A stretch of 64,000 bases of DNA from Lama guanicoe. Its lineage: Eukaryota. The notes beneath the pieces were generated by a model. That model was not told where the DNA came from, searched no databases, and saw only the letters and a list, made by a program, of their open reading frames with translations. Both the position numbers and the translations under genes were made by a program. The stretch is taken from NCBI GenBank assembly GCA_013239625.1, contig MU054400.1, forward strand, positions 1,409,146 through 1,473,145. The letters run 5' to 3'. Shown here in pieces: positions 19,597-30,790 of this stretch. The stretch's first letter is position 1, and each line of letters starts with the position of its first letter.

Positions 19597-22500
19597 TCAG
19601 GGTGAGACGCTGGAAGGGGGCCCTGTTGGGGGTGGGGGTGCAGGGTTGGTTGGGCCCTGGGAAGCTGGCACAGGCTGGCGACGGGCAAAGAGGACACCTG
19701 GCAAAGGGGTGAGGGGCAAAGAGGGCAAACACAAGCAGGAAAATGTGAGTCAAAGAAACAGAAGAGGGAAACAAAAGTCAGTTTCCTTATTGCTAGAACA
19801 CCACACACATAGTCCTGCCACAATCAACAAGGACAAGCCCCTGAGTCAGTCAGAGACTCTGGTGCCAACATAGATACCCTTGAACAGGTAAACAAGAAAT
19901 ATTTACAAAGATACATAGGCCCATGACAAGACATTCCATGGTACCCATGCCAGTGAGGTCATGCCTTGGACCCCATGCCATGTAGACACTCCCTTTAACC
20001 ATGCCAGTATAGCAGTCTCCTGAACACCATGTTACCCATGCAAGTGTGGATATCCCTGAACCTCATGCTAATAGAGAAAGTCTAAAATCCCCATGCCAGT
20101 GTAAATGCCCCTGACCTCATGCCAATATAGACAGCCTGCAGTACCCATACCAGTGTAGACCACCCCGTTGATCTCTAGGGCCATGTTGATACTGCTGATA
20201 CCACTGCCTGCCAGACTGAGAGGCCCATCCAGCTGCTCTTCTGTCCAGGAGGGGGCAGGGGAGTCACATTTTGGGGAATCAGACTTCAGACTTACAAGCT
20301 CCCCCCTCCATCCCTATAGACAGCCCCCATTCCACTTCAGCCCACCTGTAATCATACAGTTGTCTATTGAGGGGTCTATCTGCCCCACCTCCAGAGCCTA
20401 TCAGGTGATGGGTCTGTATTCCCATTGCACAGGCCCTAAGCCCTCTCAAGAATAGGCCCTTCCTCACCCCTTAGGGGAACCTTGCCACGGGGCAGGAAAC
20501 TGGGGGGTGCACTGTGTCGAGGCGGGTCCACAGGCCCCATCAGCACAGCCCTCTTCTCTGGGGGCTCCTCTGGTGCCACCTTCTCCCGTGCAGGTCCAAA
20601 GGCCAGGCCCACAGGCAGTGCCAGTCGAGAGGTTGGAATTCCACTCTCCTCTGGAAGAACAGGTCATTTAGCTCCCCTGGCCCAGCCAACTCTGTCTCTG
20701 AATTTGGTTCTCCCCACAGGCCTGGGACCAAGGGAGGTCACCGAAGTTCAAGCACCAAGTTCAATGTCCCCTTCCATCCAGAGTCTCAGCTTAGAGGCTC
20801 TGAAGCTGGAGAGCGCAAAAGGCCAATATATCTGACTAGGTTGGTCCAAGACAATTTGGGGAATTTCCTTGCTCTTGGTTGTTAAATAATCCAGGGAAAA
20901 CAAGAAGCAAATCCACATGCAGTTAGAAGCCCAGGGTGAACAGGTGTGGAATGAAGCTGCTCTGGATAAAAGACTTTTTCCTGAGCTTCAGCCCCACACC
21001 ACAGTAACCCCTATCCCACATCTCCCAAGGCTTCACTGATCCCTCTCCCCTCACACCTTTCTTGATGGGGCTTGGGCTCAGCTGCGCGCAGGCGTGCACT
21101 GGCAGGCCGGAGGCGGAGCCCTGAGCAGAGCGGAGCCCGGGCGTGGGCGTGGGCGCGGGTGGGGCGGGGCCGGGACCCGGAGCTGGACCCCGAGCTGGGG
21201 CGGGAGTGCCCCGAGGGGGCGGCCCCGCCAAGCCGAAGAGCGGGGCGGCGGTGTAAGCCTGACGGCGGCCCTCGCGTCGGTTGCTGTCGATGGCGGCCTG
21301 GAGCTCCCCCGGGGAGCTGAGCGCCTGCGTCTCGCACTCGTACGGGTACAAGTACTTCATGTACCTAGGGGCAGACGGGGTGCGGTGGAGTGGGAAGCTG
21401 GACCCAGCTGATCAAGCCCCACACCCCGAAGGACACCAATCCCCGGGGCCCTCCACGCCTCGCGCCCCTCTCCCTTCCACGCCTCGCCCCCACCGCTTGC
21501 GCGCGCCTGGCCTCACTGGGTGCGTAGAGTGAAGGCGGCCGATGTGATGGTGGTGGGTAAGCTGAGGCCCCGCGTGACCTCCCGCCACACCTTGCGGTTG
21601 ATGACTTCCACCAAGCCGCCCTTGGCGGTCACCAGGCGAAAGAGCGCATACAGGTCCAGCACCTGCTTCGCCATGATAGGTACACGGTTCACTGGAGTCC
21701 CTGGTTGGGGGTAGGCAGAGAGTCAGGACACTAAGACTAAGGCCCTGTCTGCGGGCATCCTCAGGGACTGCAGGCTACCTGGACCTCCCTGGACGAGGCC
21801 TACGTACAGGGCAGGACCTTCAAGAAAGGAGGGGAACCGGAAGGGATGGGGAGATAGGATTGCACGCAGAGCCCACAGACCTCCCAAGACCTCCACTGTA
21901 GCAGGAAGGACGGGAGGCTAGACCAGAGATTGGCAAACTTCTGTAAAGGGCAGGATAGATGGTAAATGTTTTAGGCTTTGCAGACCTAACAGTCTCTGTC
22001 AGAAATACTCCACTGTCATTGCAGCCTGAAAGCACCTATAGAGGACATTGAAAGGAATGTGCGCAGCTCTGTTCCAATAAAACTTTGTTTACAGACTCTG
22101 AAATCCGATTTTCACGCGTCCAGAAATGTGATTTGTCTTTTCATTTTTTCCACTATTTAAAAATGTGAAAACTATTCTCATGGGCGGTTAGATTTGGCCT
22201 TCAGGATTTAGTTTGCCGACCCCTGGGGTAGACCATAGGAAGGACTTCCTGACAGCGAAGAGCCGAACTCCCCTAAGCTGCGGCCCCGGGGTGGCTGCCA
22301 GAGGCCGGCGGTTGGTGGATGGGAGAAGCAGCCCCCACCTCGGCTCGCAGACTCTGCAGTCCTCACCGCCCCCCGCCGGCCAGTCCTGACAAAGGGGCCT
22401 GTCTGCGCTGAGCGATGGGCCCCAGTTAATTCCTTACCGATCCCGTCCCCTTCCGCTGCCGCCTTTGGACCCGAACAATTAGCTGCGGCCTGATTAATGG

Positions 22501-25500
22501 GGGGAAATTATCGGCCCCGTGGGACCCCCTCCCCCCTCCCGCCCCCACACAGGGAGCAGAGGAAGGCAGGGACCTGAGGGAAGCAGAGCTTGCGGGGGGG
22601 GGGTAGCTGGGATCTGCTCTGACCACCCTACCCCACCCCGCAATGTAGGGGAGACCTGGAGGAAGGGGCAGGGAGGGGACATTGGAATCAGAATGGGCCT
22701 TCCTGGGGAGCAAAAGGACCTGGAGCCCCACCGAAGGGCCCTGGTTAGGAAGGGACCCGAAAAGGGTTCTGGGCCTGGGTGGGGGCCTGAGGGACTTTAG
22801 CCAGCAGCTGCACTAAAGGAGGGGGGAGCAGTGCAGCCAGTTAATTAGCGGCTTATCAGGCCGCACTCGGAGTGAGTTAATTAGCTTTGTAGAGAGAGAT
22901 AATGAGTCAGTCTTAGAACCCATGAATCTGGGGAGAAGCCTAAGTGATGGACTGCCACCCACCCTGATCCCCTCCTAGACCCTTCTTGCATTCTCTTCCA
23001 GCTCTGAGATTCCTGGAAAGGAATTCCTTTGCCTCCACAGTCCCTGCCTACCCCTTGAGAAGTCCTTCCTTCAGTCTAATTCCAGTTCTTCCTGCTGCAG
23101 AATACATTGGGTGTTTCCTGCCTGAAGCACGGGAAACTGAGGAGAGACAAGGCTGGAGAAAGTGCCAGGGAAGAGGACCAAGGCATTCCCAGTCCCCCAA
23201 TTCTGGGTACCCCCCAACACCAGGCCAGCCCCCGACCAATTCCCCCTCCCACCCTCCCAATTGATCCCACACTCATTAACCTGCCAGTGGGCTGGCCACT
23301 AATTAATCCCTGGGTGGAGAAGAGGGGCAGGGTCAGAGGTTAAAGACGCTATTGAGGGCCCAAGGGTAGGTGCTGCCAAGCTCAGGCCTCTACAGAGAGG
23401 ACCCAAACTGAGGACTAAACCCTGGGGTTTCCCTTCCTCAAACCTGGTAGGTGGGGGTCCTTCCCTTACATCAACCCACTCACCCCTCTTCTGCATGAAG
23501 CTAAACAGGTCATCCAGAAATTCTTTCCTCTTGGGATCTGCATCGAGCTCGTACAGCTGGGGAAAAACTGAGGTCATTTTCCAGCCCAGCTACCCCTCCC
23601 TCTGGGACCCCTTGGACTCCAAACCCTGAAAAAGCTGGGGAGCTGAAGGGGTAAGTGGGGTCTGAAATGTAGACTTCCTAAGAGAGCAGTGGGCTCTCTC
23701 CCCTGGGGGCAGGTTAGGGGCACTTTTTTCCCTGATACACACAGAGACCCTCTGCTGGCAGGTGGTGCCCTGGCAGTTCAAACCACCCATCTGGGGAACA
23801 GGAGAAGAGAGAAAGCTATGGAGGCTCTGCCAGCCTTCCAAAGCCCCCAAGAGGAAGTCAGGCTGGAGATGTGTTCCACATTGAGGAAACCCATAGACAT
23901 ATCTGAGCTGCTCTTTCACTCTCATTCGTTCCTGCAAGGACTTACTGCTATTCACGGATCTGTGTGCTAGGGCTGGGGATGAGAGGCAGAGATGCCTTTA
24001 AGCCATCTCTCACACAGAGTGGATGCTCAGAAAAGCTCCTGGATTGAAACCTGGGGCCCGTCAGCCCACATTCTGGTCTGATCTCCTTCCAGGGACAGTG
24101 ACCTGCCCACTAAAGAAGCTGCCACAGAGGCAATGGCCCTGTACCAGCTAGGACCTGTAGGGACAGGACTTGAAATGCCCAGGGGTCACCTCAGCCATTC
24201 TCAGTCACTTGGAGCCCTATTTCCAATATCACCTCTCAAATAACCCTAGGAGGGACAATCCCTAAAGCAAGAGTCTTTTACCCAGAGTAACAGTCCCTGA
24301 GTAACACCCGCAAGTAACACTCCATCCCCCAGTAAGAACTCTCAGAGTGAAAAAAACACCCATGTGTAACAAATCCCAGAAATCCACCTTTAGAGCTACA
24401 CTCCCACAACTGAGCCCTAAGTCTTAGAAGGGTACCTGCAAATAACAGACACACTGTCCAGTAGCAGTCCCCAGAATTCTACCCAGGAGAAACAGTCACT
24501 AGAGCCACATCTCCAGAGTAACAGAGCCCTGAGTAACATGCCCAGTTTTACACTAATGCTACAGGGTATGAACCACAGACGAACACCCTACGAGTAACAC
24601 CACTGGAATAGCATGCCTAGAATCACAGCCCTGCGTATGACCTTAATGACAGCCTAAAGTAGTGCCTTAGAATAACACCCAGATGGGTTCCGCAGGGAGG
24701 AAGAACCTCAAATTAAGGCCCTGTGAGTAAGATCTTGTCCTTCCCAGTTGTACAAGGGCCCTTTAGGCACACTGCGGCTGTCGTGGCCATCAGAGGCTGG
24801 GAACTGTCACTCACAGAGCTCAGGCCAGGGAGAGGATGTGGACAGGGGACTGTGACAGGGAAGAGAGGAGGTGGGTATCAGCTTGCCAAAGGAGTGGCAA
24901 CCTCTATTCTCCTTCCAAAGACAGAAGTAGGTAGCCGAGGACACCCCCACAGGTCACTGGAATATGACCTTGTGACTTGATGTGTGAGAAAGTGGGGTAG
25001 TGCTGGCATGGAATCCCCAGTTTCCAGAGCCCCTCTCTCAGAATTCTTGAGGGCTCTTACACCCCTCCCACTTTCCCTTCCAGCCTCACCAAGTGCCTCC
25101 TCCAGTCTGTTGGCCTCCATGTTTCTGGGTGTCTCCTGCACCTCTCAGTGTGTATCCATGCACTTCTTTCTGTGTCTCTGCGTGTCTGTCTCTGCCTCCC
25201 TGTCCCTGTCTATCCTTCAGTCTTCCCACCATCTCTCACCATGTCTCTGTGTCTCTGTCTTTACATCCTGCGGAGCCCAGTGTGGGTGGGTGGGCTAATG
25301 ATCACCATGTTGGGCCCAGAGAGTAGGAAGGGGGAGGGCCTGATCATCCGTCAGAGGGTCCTACCTGCTTGAATTGCTCCTCGTAGGTCCACTCATGGGG
25401 GTGAGGTCCAGGGGTCTGGCTGGAAGGTGAGCTAGTGCCCCGGGTCCCTGGACGGCTCTCCTCAGCCACCTCATCTTCTGCCCCGGCTTCCTCTCCGTCC

Positions 25501-25685
25501 TCATCCTCTTGGGCGTCCTCCTCTTCCTCAGCCCCGACCTCCCCCAAGACCCCCTCAGGGGCCTGCAGGGTCTGGGAGCCAGAGCCGGGAAAGGAAGGCC
25601 GAGGTGGTGGCGGTGGGCGTGGAGGTGCCAATGGCCCCACCCCCTGGGCCAGTCGGGCTGCCTGCTGTCTCTGCAGGGCCTCCAT
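19597..25685 (-). CDS. ARID3C: AT-rich interactive domain protein 3C (Brightlike; ARID + REKLES), 7 coding exons, 419 aa
   Basis: Exons 25365-25685, 23484-23556, 21517-21700, 21057-21364, 20468-20650, 20151-20240, 19597-19697 total 1260 nt: MEALQRQQAARLAQ...WTYEEQFKQLYELDADPKRKEFLDDLFSFMQKRGTPVNRVPIMAKQVLDLY...YMKYLYPYECE...SINMALEINGVVYTGVLFARR. Minus-strand AATAAA at 19212-19217. Confidence 0.95.
19940..20160. repeat. Degenerate tandem repeat, ~27-28 bp unit, about 8 copies (core CCCATGCCAGTGTAGAC)
   Basis: Core motif recurs near 19944, 19972, 19999, 20035, 20062, 20090, 20116 and 20144. Confidence 0.7.
21924..22225. mobile_element. MER58-type hAT-Charlie DNA transposon in ARID3C intron 2
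   Basis: TIRs CAGAGATTGGCAAAC / GTTTGCCGACCCCTG and an 8-bp TSD GGCTAGAC / GGGTAGAC. Confidence 0.8.
24225..24680. repeat. Highly degenerate minisatellite, ~14-15 bp unit (CCC[A/T]GAGTAACA)
   Basis: Repeated GAGTAACA, AGTAACAC and AATAACAC motifs in ARID3C intron 1. Confidence 0.55.
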
Positions 25686-25849
25686 GACAGCTTCCAGGCG
25701 CAGTCCCCCCACTGGTGGGGGGGCTGGCACCAGGCGGGGCCCTGAGGAAAGGGCTGCCTGTGGGGGAGGGAATTATGGGTGTTGGGCCCTGTTCCACCAC
25801 AACCCCCAACACAAGGGGAGGTGGTCATTCAGGGAAGTGCAGGGGGGCC

Positions 25850-26460
25850 ATAAGGAAAAAGGCAGAAAGATCTCTTCCCAGAGATGCAAAGAGAGGTAAA
25901 AAAAGCAGGAGAGACAGAGACCAGACCCAGAAAGACAGAAATGAGCATTGACTGACGACAGATAGCGACTAAGCAGATCAAAGAGGGGTAACAAGGACCA
26001 AGAAACAGAGAGAGATGGAGGAGAGACAGAGATCTGACAGAGAGAGAGACAATGGCAGGAAGACTTGGGTATAGAAATGGAGATGAGACAGAGAGATGGG
26101 GAGAGAGAGAAAGAGGGACCAAGGTGGAGACAGAGATATCGGGCAGAGACCAGAATGGAGAGACAGAGATGGGGAGAGAAGAGATTGACAGAGATATTGG
26201 GTAAAGAGATTGGGAAGGGAGGAGAGATAGAGAAGCAAGGGATAAATACAGAAGACCTAAGTGACAGGCAGTCCAAGGAGAGTGACAGAGACAGAGTCAG
26301 AGTCAGAGAGAGACAAATAGTGAGACGGGAGTTGAGAGAGACTGGGAAAGATCGACGCAGCAGGAGACAGACGAAAAATCAGAAAGAGAAAAGGCGAGAC
26401 AGTAAATAGATGGGGAGAGAGGGAAAAACCGACGGAGAGACGGGACAGAGACGCAGAGGA
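25850..26460. repeat. GA-rich low-complexity tract
   Basis: Degenerate GAGACAGAGA repeats. Confidence 0.7.
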
Positions 26461-27010
26461 CTAGAACGAGGAGGAGCGGGAACCGAGGACGCCGGCGGCA
26501 GAGCCCGGGACTGGGACAGGGACGGCGGGGTCTCCACGCCGGCTCTCTGGCTCCCCGCGGCCACACTCACCAGCCTGGCGCGGCCCGCTGCCCCCGGCGT
26601 CTCCACGGCGCTCCCTGCGCTCCGCCCGCCTCTCGGGCGGCCCCTGTCTCGGCTCGGTTCCCAGTGCGGGGTCCCCCCGCCGTGCGCTCCTGCCGCCGCG
26701 CGCTCCTCCGGCCGCCGTGCGCTCACTCGCTGCTCGGCTGCTGGCGGCCGTGGGGGCGGGACCCGAGCGGGGCAGCGCGGGCGGGGGCTCAGGAGGGGAG
26801 GCCCGGGTGGGCTCTACCACCCCCAACCCCCCAACAGGTGTCTCCCACCCTCCTACAGCCAGATTCGGTGAGGGGAGAGGGCGTTGGAGAGCGGCGGGGA
26901 TTCGTGCAGAGGAGAGCGAGGAGTCCACCACTACCGAACTCCGGACCAGGGCCCCTCCCAGCCTCACCAGACACTCACCACCCCCCCGCCCCCGCCCGGT
27001 ACTCAGGGCC
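26450..27010. promoter_or_regulatory. CpG island, probable ARID3C promoter and upstream exon
   Basis: CpG-dense. Minus-strand donor CTG|GTGAGT (exon end 26571) and acceptor TTTCCTCAG| opening an exon at 25741. Confidence 0.65.
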
Positions 27011-28837
27011 CGGCATCCACACACAAACGTTCGTGTTCACACACCAACACACCCTGTCACAAGTTCGGGCACACAGCCGCCTTGTCTCACATACTTGGTT
27101 ACACCTACACTATAGCGCCAACGGCCTAGGCAGGCTGTGATCTTGTGGGGAATCACTCTGCAGGGTGCCAGGGTGACTGTGGAGGGCTTGGACCGGAATA
27201 GAAGCTTCTCCCCCTGCCTTTCCCAGGTGCCATCCCCAACTGCATGCACGCTGCAGTCTGCACAATGCCCGAACACGGTGGTGGACTCACTTTTGCCCTC
27301 ACATACGCAGAGGTCTCTGAGCTGATTCCACACCAGCAGCAGGGTACACACACCACGTGCAGGCACAAAGCCACGCAGCTTTTAGCTCTTTTGACGTTCT
27401 ATCATGGAAATTTTCAAACATATGCACAAGAAGAATGAGTAGTATAATGAAACTCCTCGTGCATTTCAACAGTGATCAGCATTTTGCCCATCTTCACATA
27501 CAGCCTCCACCCATGTTTGCATGACTCCCCAGTCTGTATCTCCAGAACCCTTTAGCCAACTGCTCCAGGCCCACCCTACCCCCACTTATCCTCCAGATGC
27601 TGAGATGCTGTTCCTTAGCAGCCTGGACCCATCCCTCTTAGGCACCCTCACACATTCCCCAGTTGCTTCCAGTGCCCAAGGGAATCACCTATTAAAAACA
27701 CGAGGGTCACCCGGAGGTGATGCCAACGTGTGTGACTGAACAACACGCCTCTGTAGGAGTGACACCTGGCATGGGTGCACTTAGCACCGGGGAGCTTCCC
27801 CTGACCTCTCTCATACCCAGTAAAGCAAACTGGTCTCAGGGCCAAGATTCCTCTAGGAGGCAGATCTTCAGGTGTGACTTGCCTCCTCCCTCCTCCCCCA
27901 CCCTCTCCCAGTCAGTCTGCTCCTCTCAGACCCAGCTTGCCCTGGTCTGGACTGCCAGCTCTTCTTACCAGGATATTACGGTGGGTGACACACCCCTGCT
28001 CTCACTGACTCCAGCCTCCACCTTTGTCCCCAGCCCAGCTCTCACTGTAGCACTAGGCCCCTGTTCTCTTCGGCCCGTCCCTGGCCACACTGAGGCTCAG
28101 TCCTGCTTACACCCTTGGATCACTCCAGTGCCCACCTGCTCAGATTTTGGGTCTGACAGCCAGTTAGACCCACTCCCCACCAAGAAGCCTTGGTGATCCA
28201 ACCACCTTCAGTTCCGGTGCCCCTGCCCTCATGGCTCTGTGTGGTGTAAGTTCTCCTGGGGCAACTCCTGTGCTCAGCTCGCTCCCCTTTTCCCACACAG
28301 CCTCCCTGGCTTCTCAGAGAAGGTGCCTGGAGAGTGGAAGGTAAGATTCCTCTTGGAAAGGTAAGAACTGGCTTGTGGAAATTCTAGTTTTGAGGGTTTG
28401 GGGGTTGTTTTGCAGGCGGTGGAGAGGAGCAAGGACCTGGGCAGTTACCCCCCCCCCAAAAAAAGAATCAATCAAGCATAGGAAACTCACCTTTGGAGTC
28501 TGGGTCAGAGGGCTATGACTGGGAAGGGCAGAGGGGAAGGAATAACCTGACTGGAATCTGCTCTTTCTCTCCTTCTGTGAAGAGGAAAGGCTGTCTCATA
28601 CCCACACAAAGCCCACCTCTGATCCTTCACAGAGACAGACAGACAAACTTAGACCCCCATTCATCCAACACATACTAACTGAGCACCTACTTTATGTGAG
28701 GCACGTTGGAGACAGGAGTAAATAAAACAAAGCCCCCATTACAATGGCATAATTCCAGTGGGGAAAACATATAGTGTGTCACATGGCAATAAGTAAAATA
28801 GAAAATAAATCTGGGTCAGGGAAATAGAAAGGGGATA

Positions 28838-29345
28838 TATTAGTCACCTATTACTGCAACAAATTACTCTCAAATTTAGCAGCTTAAAATAGCAAGCATT
28901 TATTTTTTCACAATTCTGTGCATCAGGAATTCGAGAGTGGCTTAGCTGAGTGGTTCTGGCTGCCTCTCATGAGGCTGTAGTAAAACTTTTGGCCAGGGCT
29001 GCAGTCATCTGAATGTCTGACGGATTGGAGGATCTGCTTCACTCAGGTCGCCGTTGGCAGGAGGCTGTCCTCCCTAGGTGGGCCTCCATAGGAGAGGACC
29101 TCATGCTTGAGTGTCCTCCCAACATCGCAGTTGGTTCCCCCCAGAAAGATGGATTCAAGAGAGACTAAGAGGGAGCAAAGTTTTTTATGGCCTAGTTTTA
29201 GAAGTCGCATCCAGTCACTTCGGCCATATATTATTTGTTAAAAGTACATAACTAAGTCCAGCCTGCATTCAAGGGGAAGGGAATTAGGCTTCATCTCTTA
29301 AAAAGTATCAAAAATTGTATGGAAGTATTTGAAAACTACCCCAGA
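28838..29345. mobile_element. MLT1-type MaLR LTR inserted in L2
   Basis: TATTAGTCACCTATTACTGC...AGCAGCTTAAAATAGCAAGCATTTATT...GGCTTAGCTGAGTGGTTCTGGC; L2-like sequence on both sides. Confidence 0.65.
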
Positions 29346-30125
29346 AGGGCTGCTACTACCCAAATGTTAAGGGAAGGACTCACTGAGCAGGACTTGAAGG
29401 AGGGAGGAGCCATAGGGATACCTGGGGAAGAGCACTGCAGTCAGAAGAGCAGGTGCAAATATCCTGAGGTGGAAGTTTGCTTGATGTATCAGAAGAAAAG
29501 CATGGAGGCCACTGGGCTAGAACACAGTGGCCAAGGCGAATGGTTGCATGTTTGGTCAGAGGTTACATGGACCTTGGAGTAGGTTCATGGAGGCAGTGAA
29601 AGGACTGAATGTGGTGGGAAGCCATTGGAAATGTCTGAGCAGGGAGTGAAAGTCTGACTCTTGCTGTTGTGTGGCAAACCTTCTGCACGGGATGCAAGCA
29701 TGAGGCTCAATTAGGAGGCCATTGCAATAACCCAGGGAAAAGACAATGATGGCTCAGACCAGGGTGGTAGCAGCGGAGGTGACAAGAAATGGTTAGATCC
29801 TGAATATAATTGAAGATAAATCTGACAGGATCTGTTGAAGTCTTGAATGCAGAATGTCAGAGAATGAGAGGTATCCAAGATGACTCCAGGGTTTTTGGCC
29901 CAGGCAGCTGGGTAAATGGAGGTACCCTTAACTGAGGCAGTAAAGACTGCAGGAGGTGCAAGACTGGGAGAGAAATCAGCTTGCATAGAACATTTAAAGT
30001 TTGAGATGGCAATTAGATGACAGGGTGGAGGTGTCAAGTGGAGATGAAAGCAGTCAGATACCTATCTCTGGAGCTCAGAGGAGGTTCAGGCTGACACAAA
30101 AAATTAGGAGTCAAGACATAGATGG

Positions 30126-30790
30126 TCCTTCAGATCTAACCATGCTTTTGCAAATGGCAGGATTTCCTTCTTTTATAGCTGAATAATATTCCATTGTAGA
30201 TATATACATTTTCTTTATCCATTCATTCTTGTTTTGGAGGTAATTAGGTTTATTTATTTACTTACTTTCAGTGGAGGTACTGGGGATTGAACTCAGGACC
30301 TCGTGCATGCTAAGCATGTGCTCTATCACTTGAGCTATACCCTCCCTCCTATCCGTTAATTTTTGAGGGCATTATGCTAAGTGAAATTATCAGATAAAGA
30401 CAAATGCAATATGTTATCACTTATATGTGGAATCTAAAAAAATATCAAACTCATAGGAACAGAGAACAGATTGGTGGTTGCCAGAGGCCAGGGAAAATGG
30501 GTGAAGGTGGTCAAAAGGTACAAACTTCCAATTATAAGATAAATAAGTTCTGAGGATGCAATGTACAGCATAGTGACTACAGTCAGCAATACTATATTGT
30601 TTATTTGAAGTTGCTAAGAGAGATCTTGAAAGTCCCCGACACAAGAAAAAAAGAATTTGTAACTATGGGAGGTGATGTTAACTAAATTTATTGTGGTGAT
30701 CATTTCACAATACAGACATGTATCAAATCATTATGTTGTATACCTTAAATTAATAAAAGCTTATGTCAGGTAGATCTCAATAAAACTGGT
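30126..30790. mobile_element. Old L1 (L1MA-like) 3' fragment with inverted 5' part
   Basis: Minus-oriented L1 piece ~30130-30228 (GCTGAATAATATTCCATTG) and plus-oriented 3' end ~30365-30790 (ATGCTAAGTGAAA...TCACTTATATGTGGAATCTAAAA...CTCAATAAAACTGG). Confidence 0.75.
30229..30350 (-). mobile_element. tRNA-derived SINE, camelid Vic-1-like
   Basis: Reverse complement GGAGGGTATAGCTCAAGTG...AGCATGCACGAGGTCCTGAGTTCAATCCCCAGTACCTCC (A/B boxes) plus tail TAAATAAATAAACCTAATTACCTCC. Confidence 0.8.

Noticed and set aside
19940..24680. Periodic repeats considered as a CRISPR-like array
   Set aside because: Units are degenerate and contiguous without unique spacers, sit in mammalian introns, and no cas genes are present.
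30229..30350. tRNA-like A/B box sequence as a true tRNA gene
   Set aside because: Three diverged copies with AT-rich tails and TSDs indicate a SINE.
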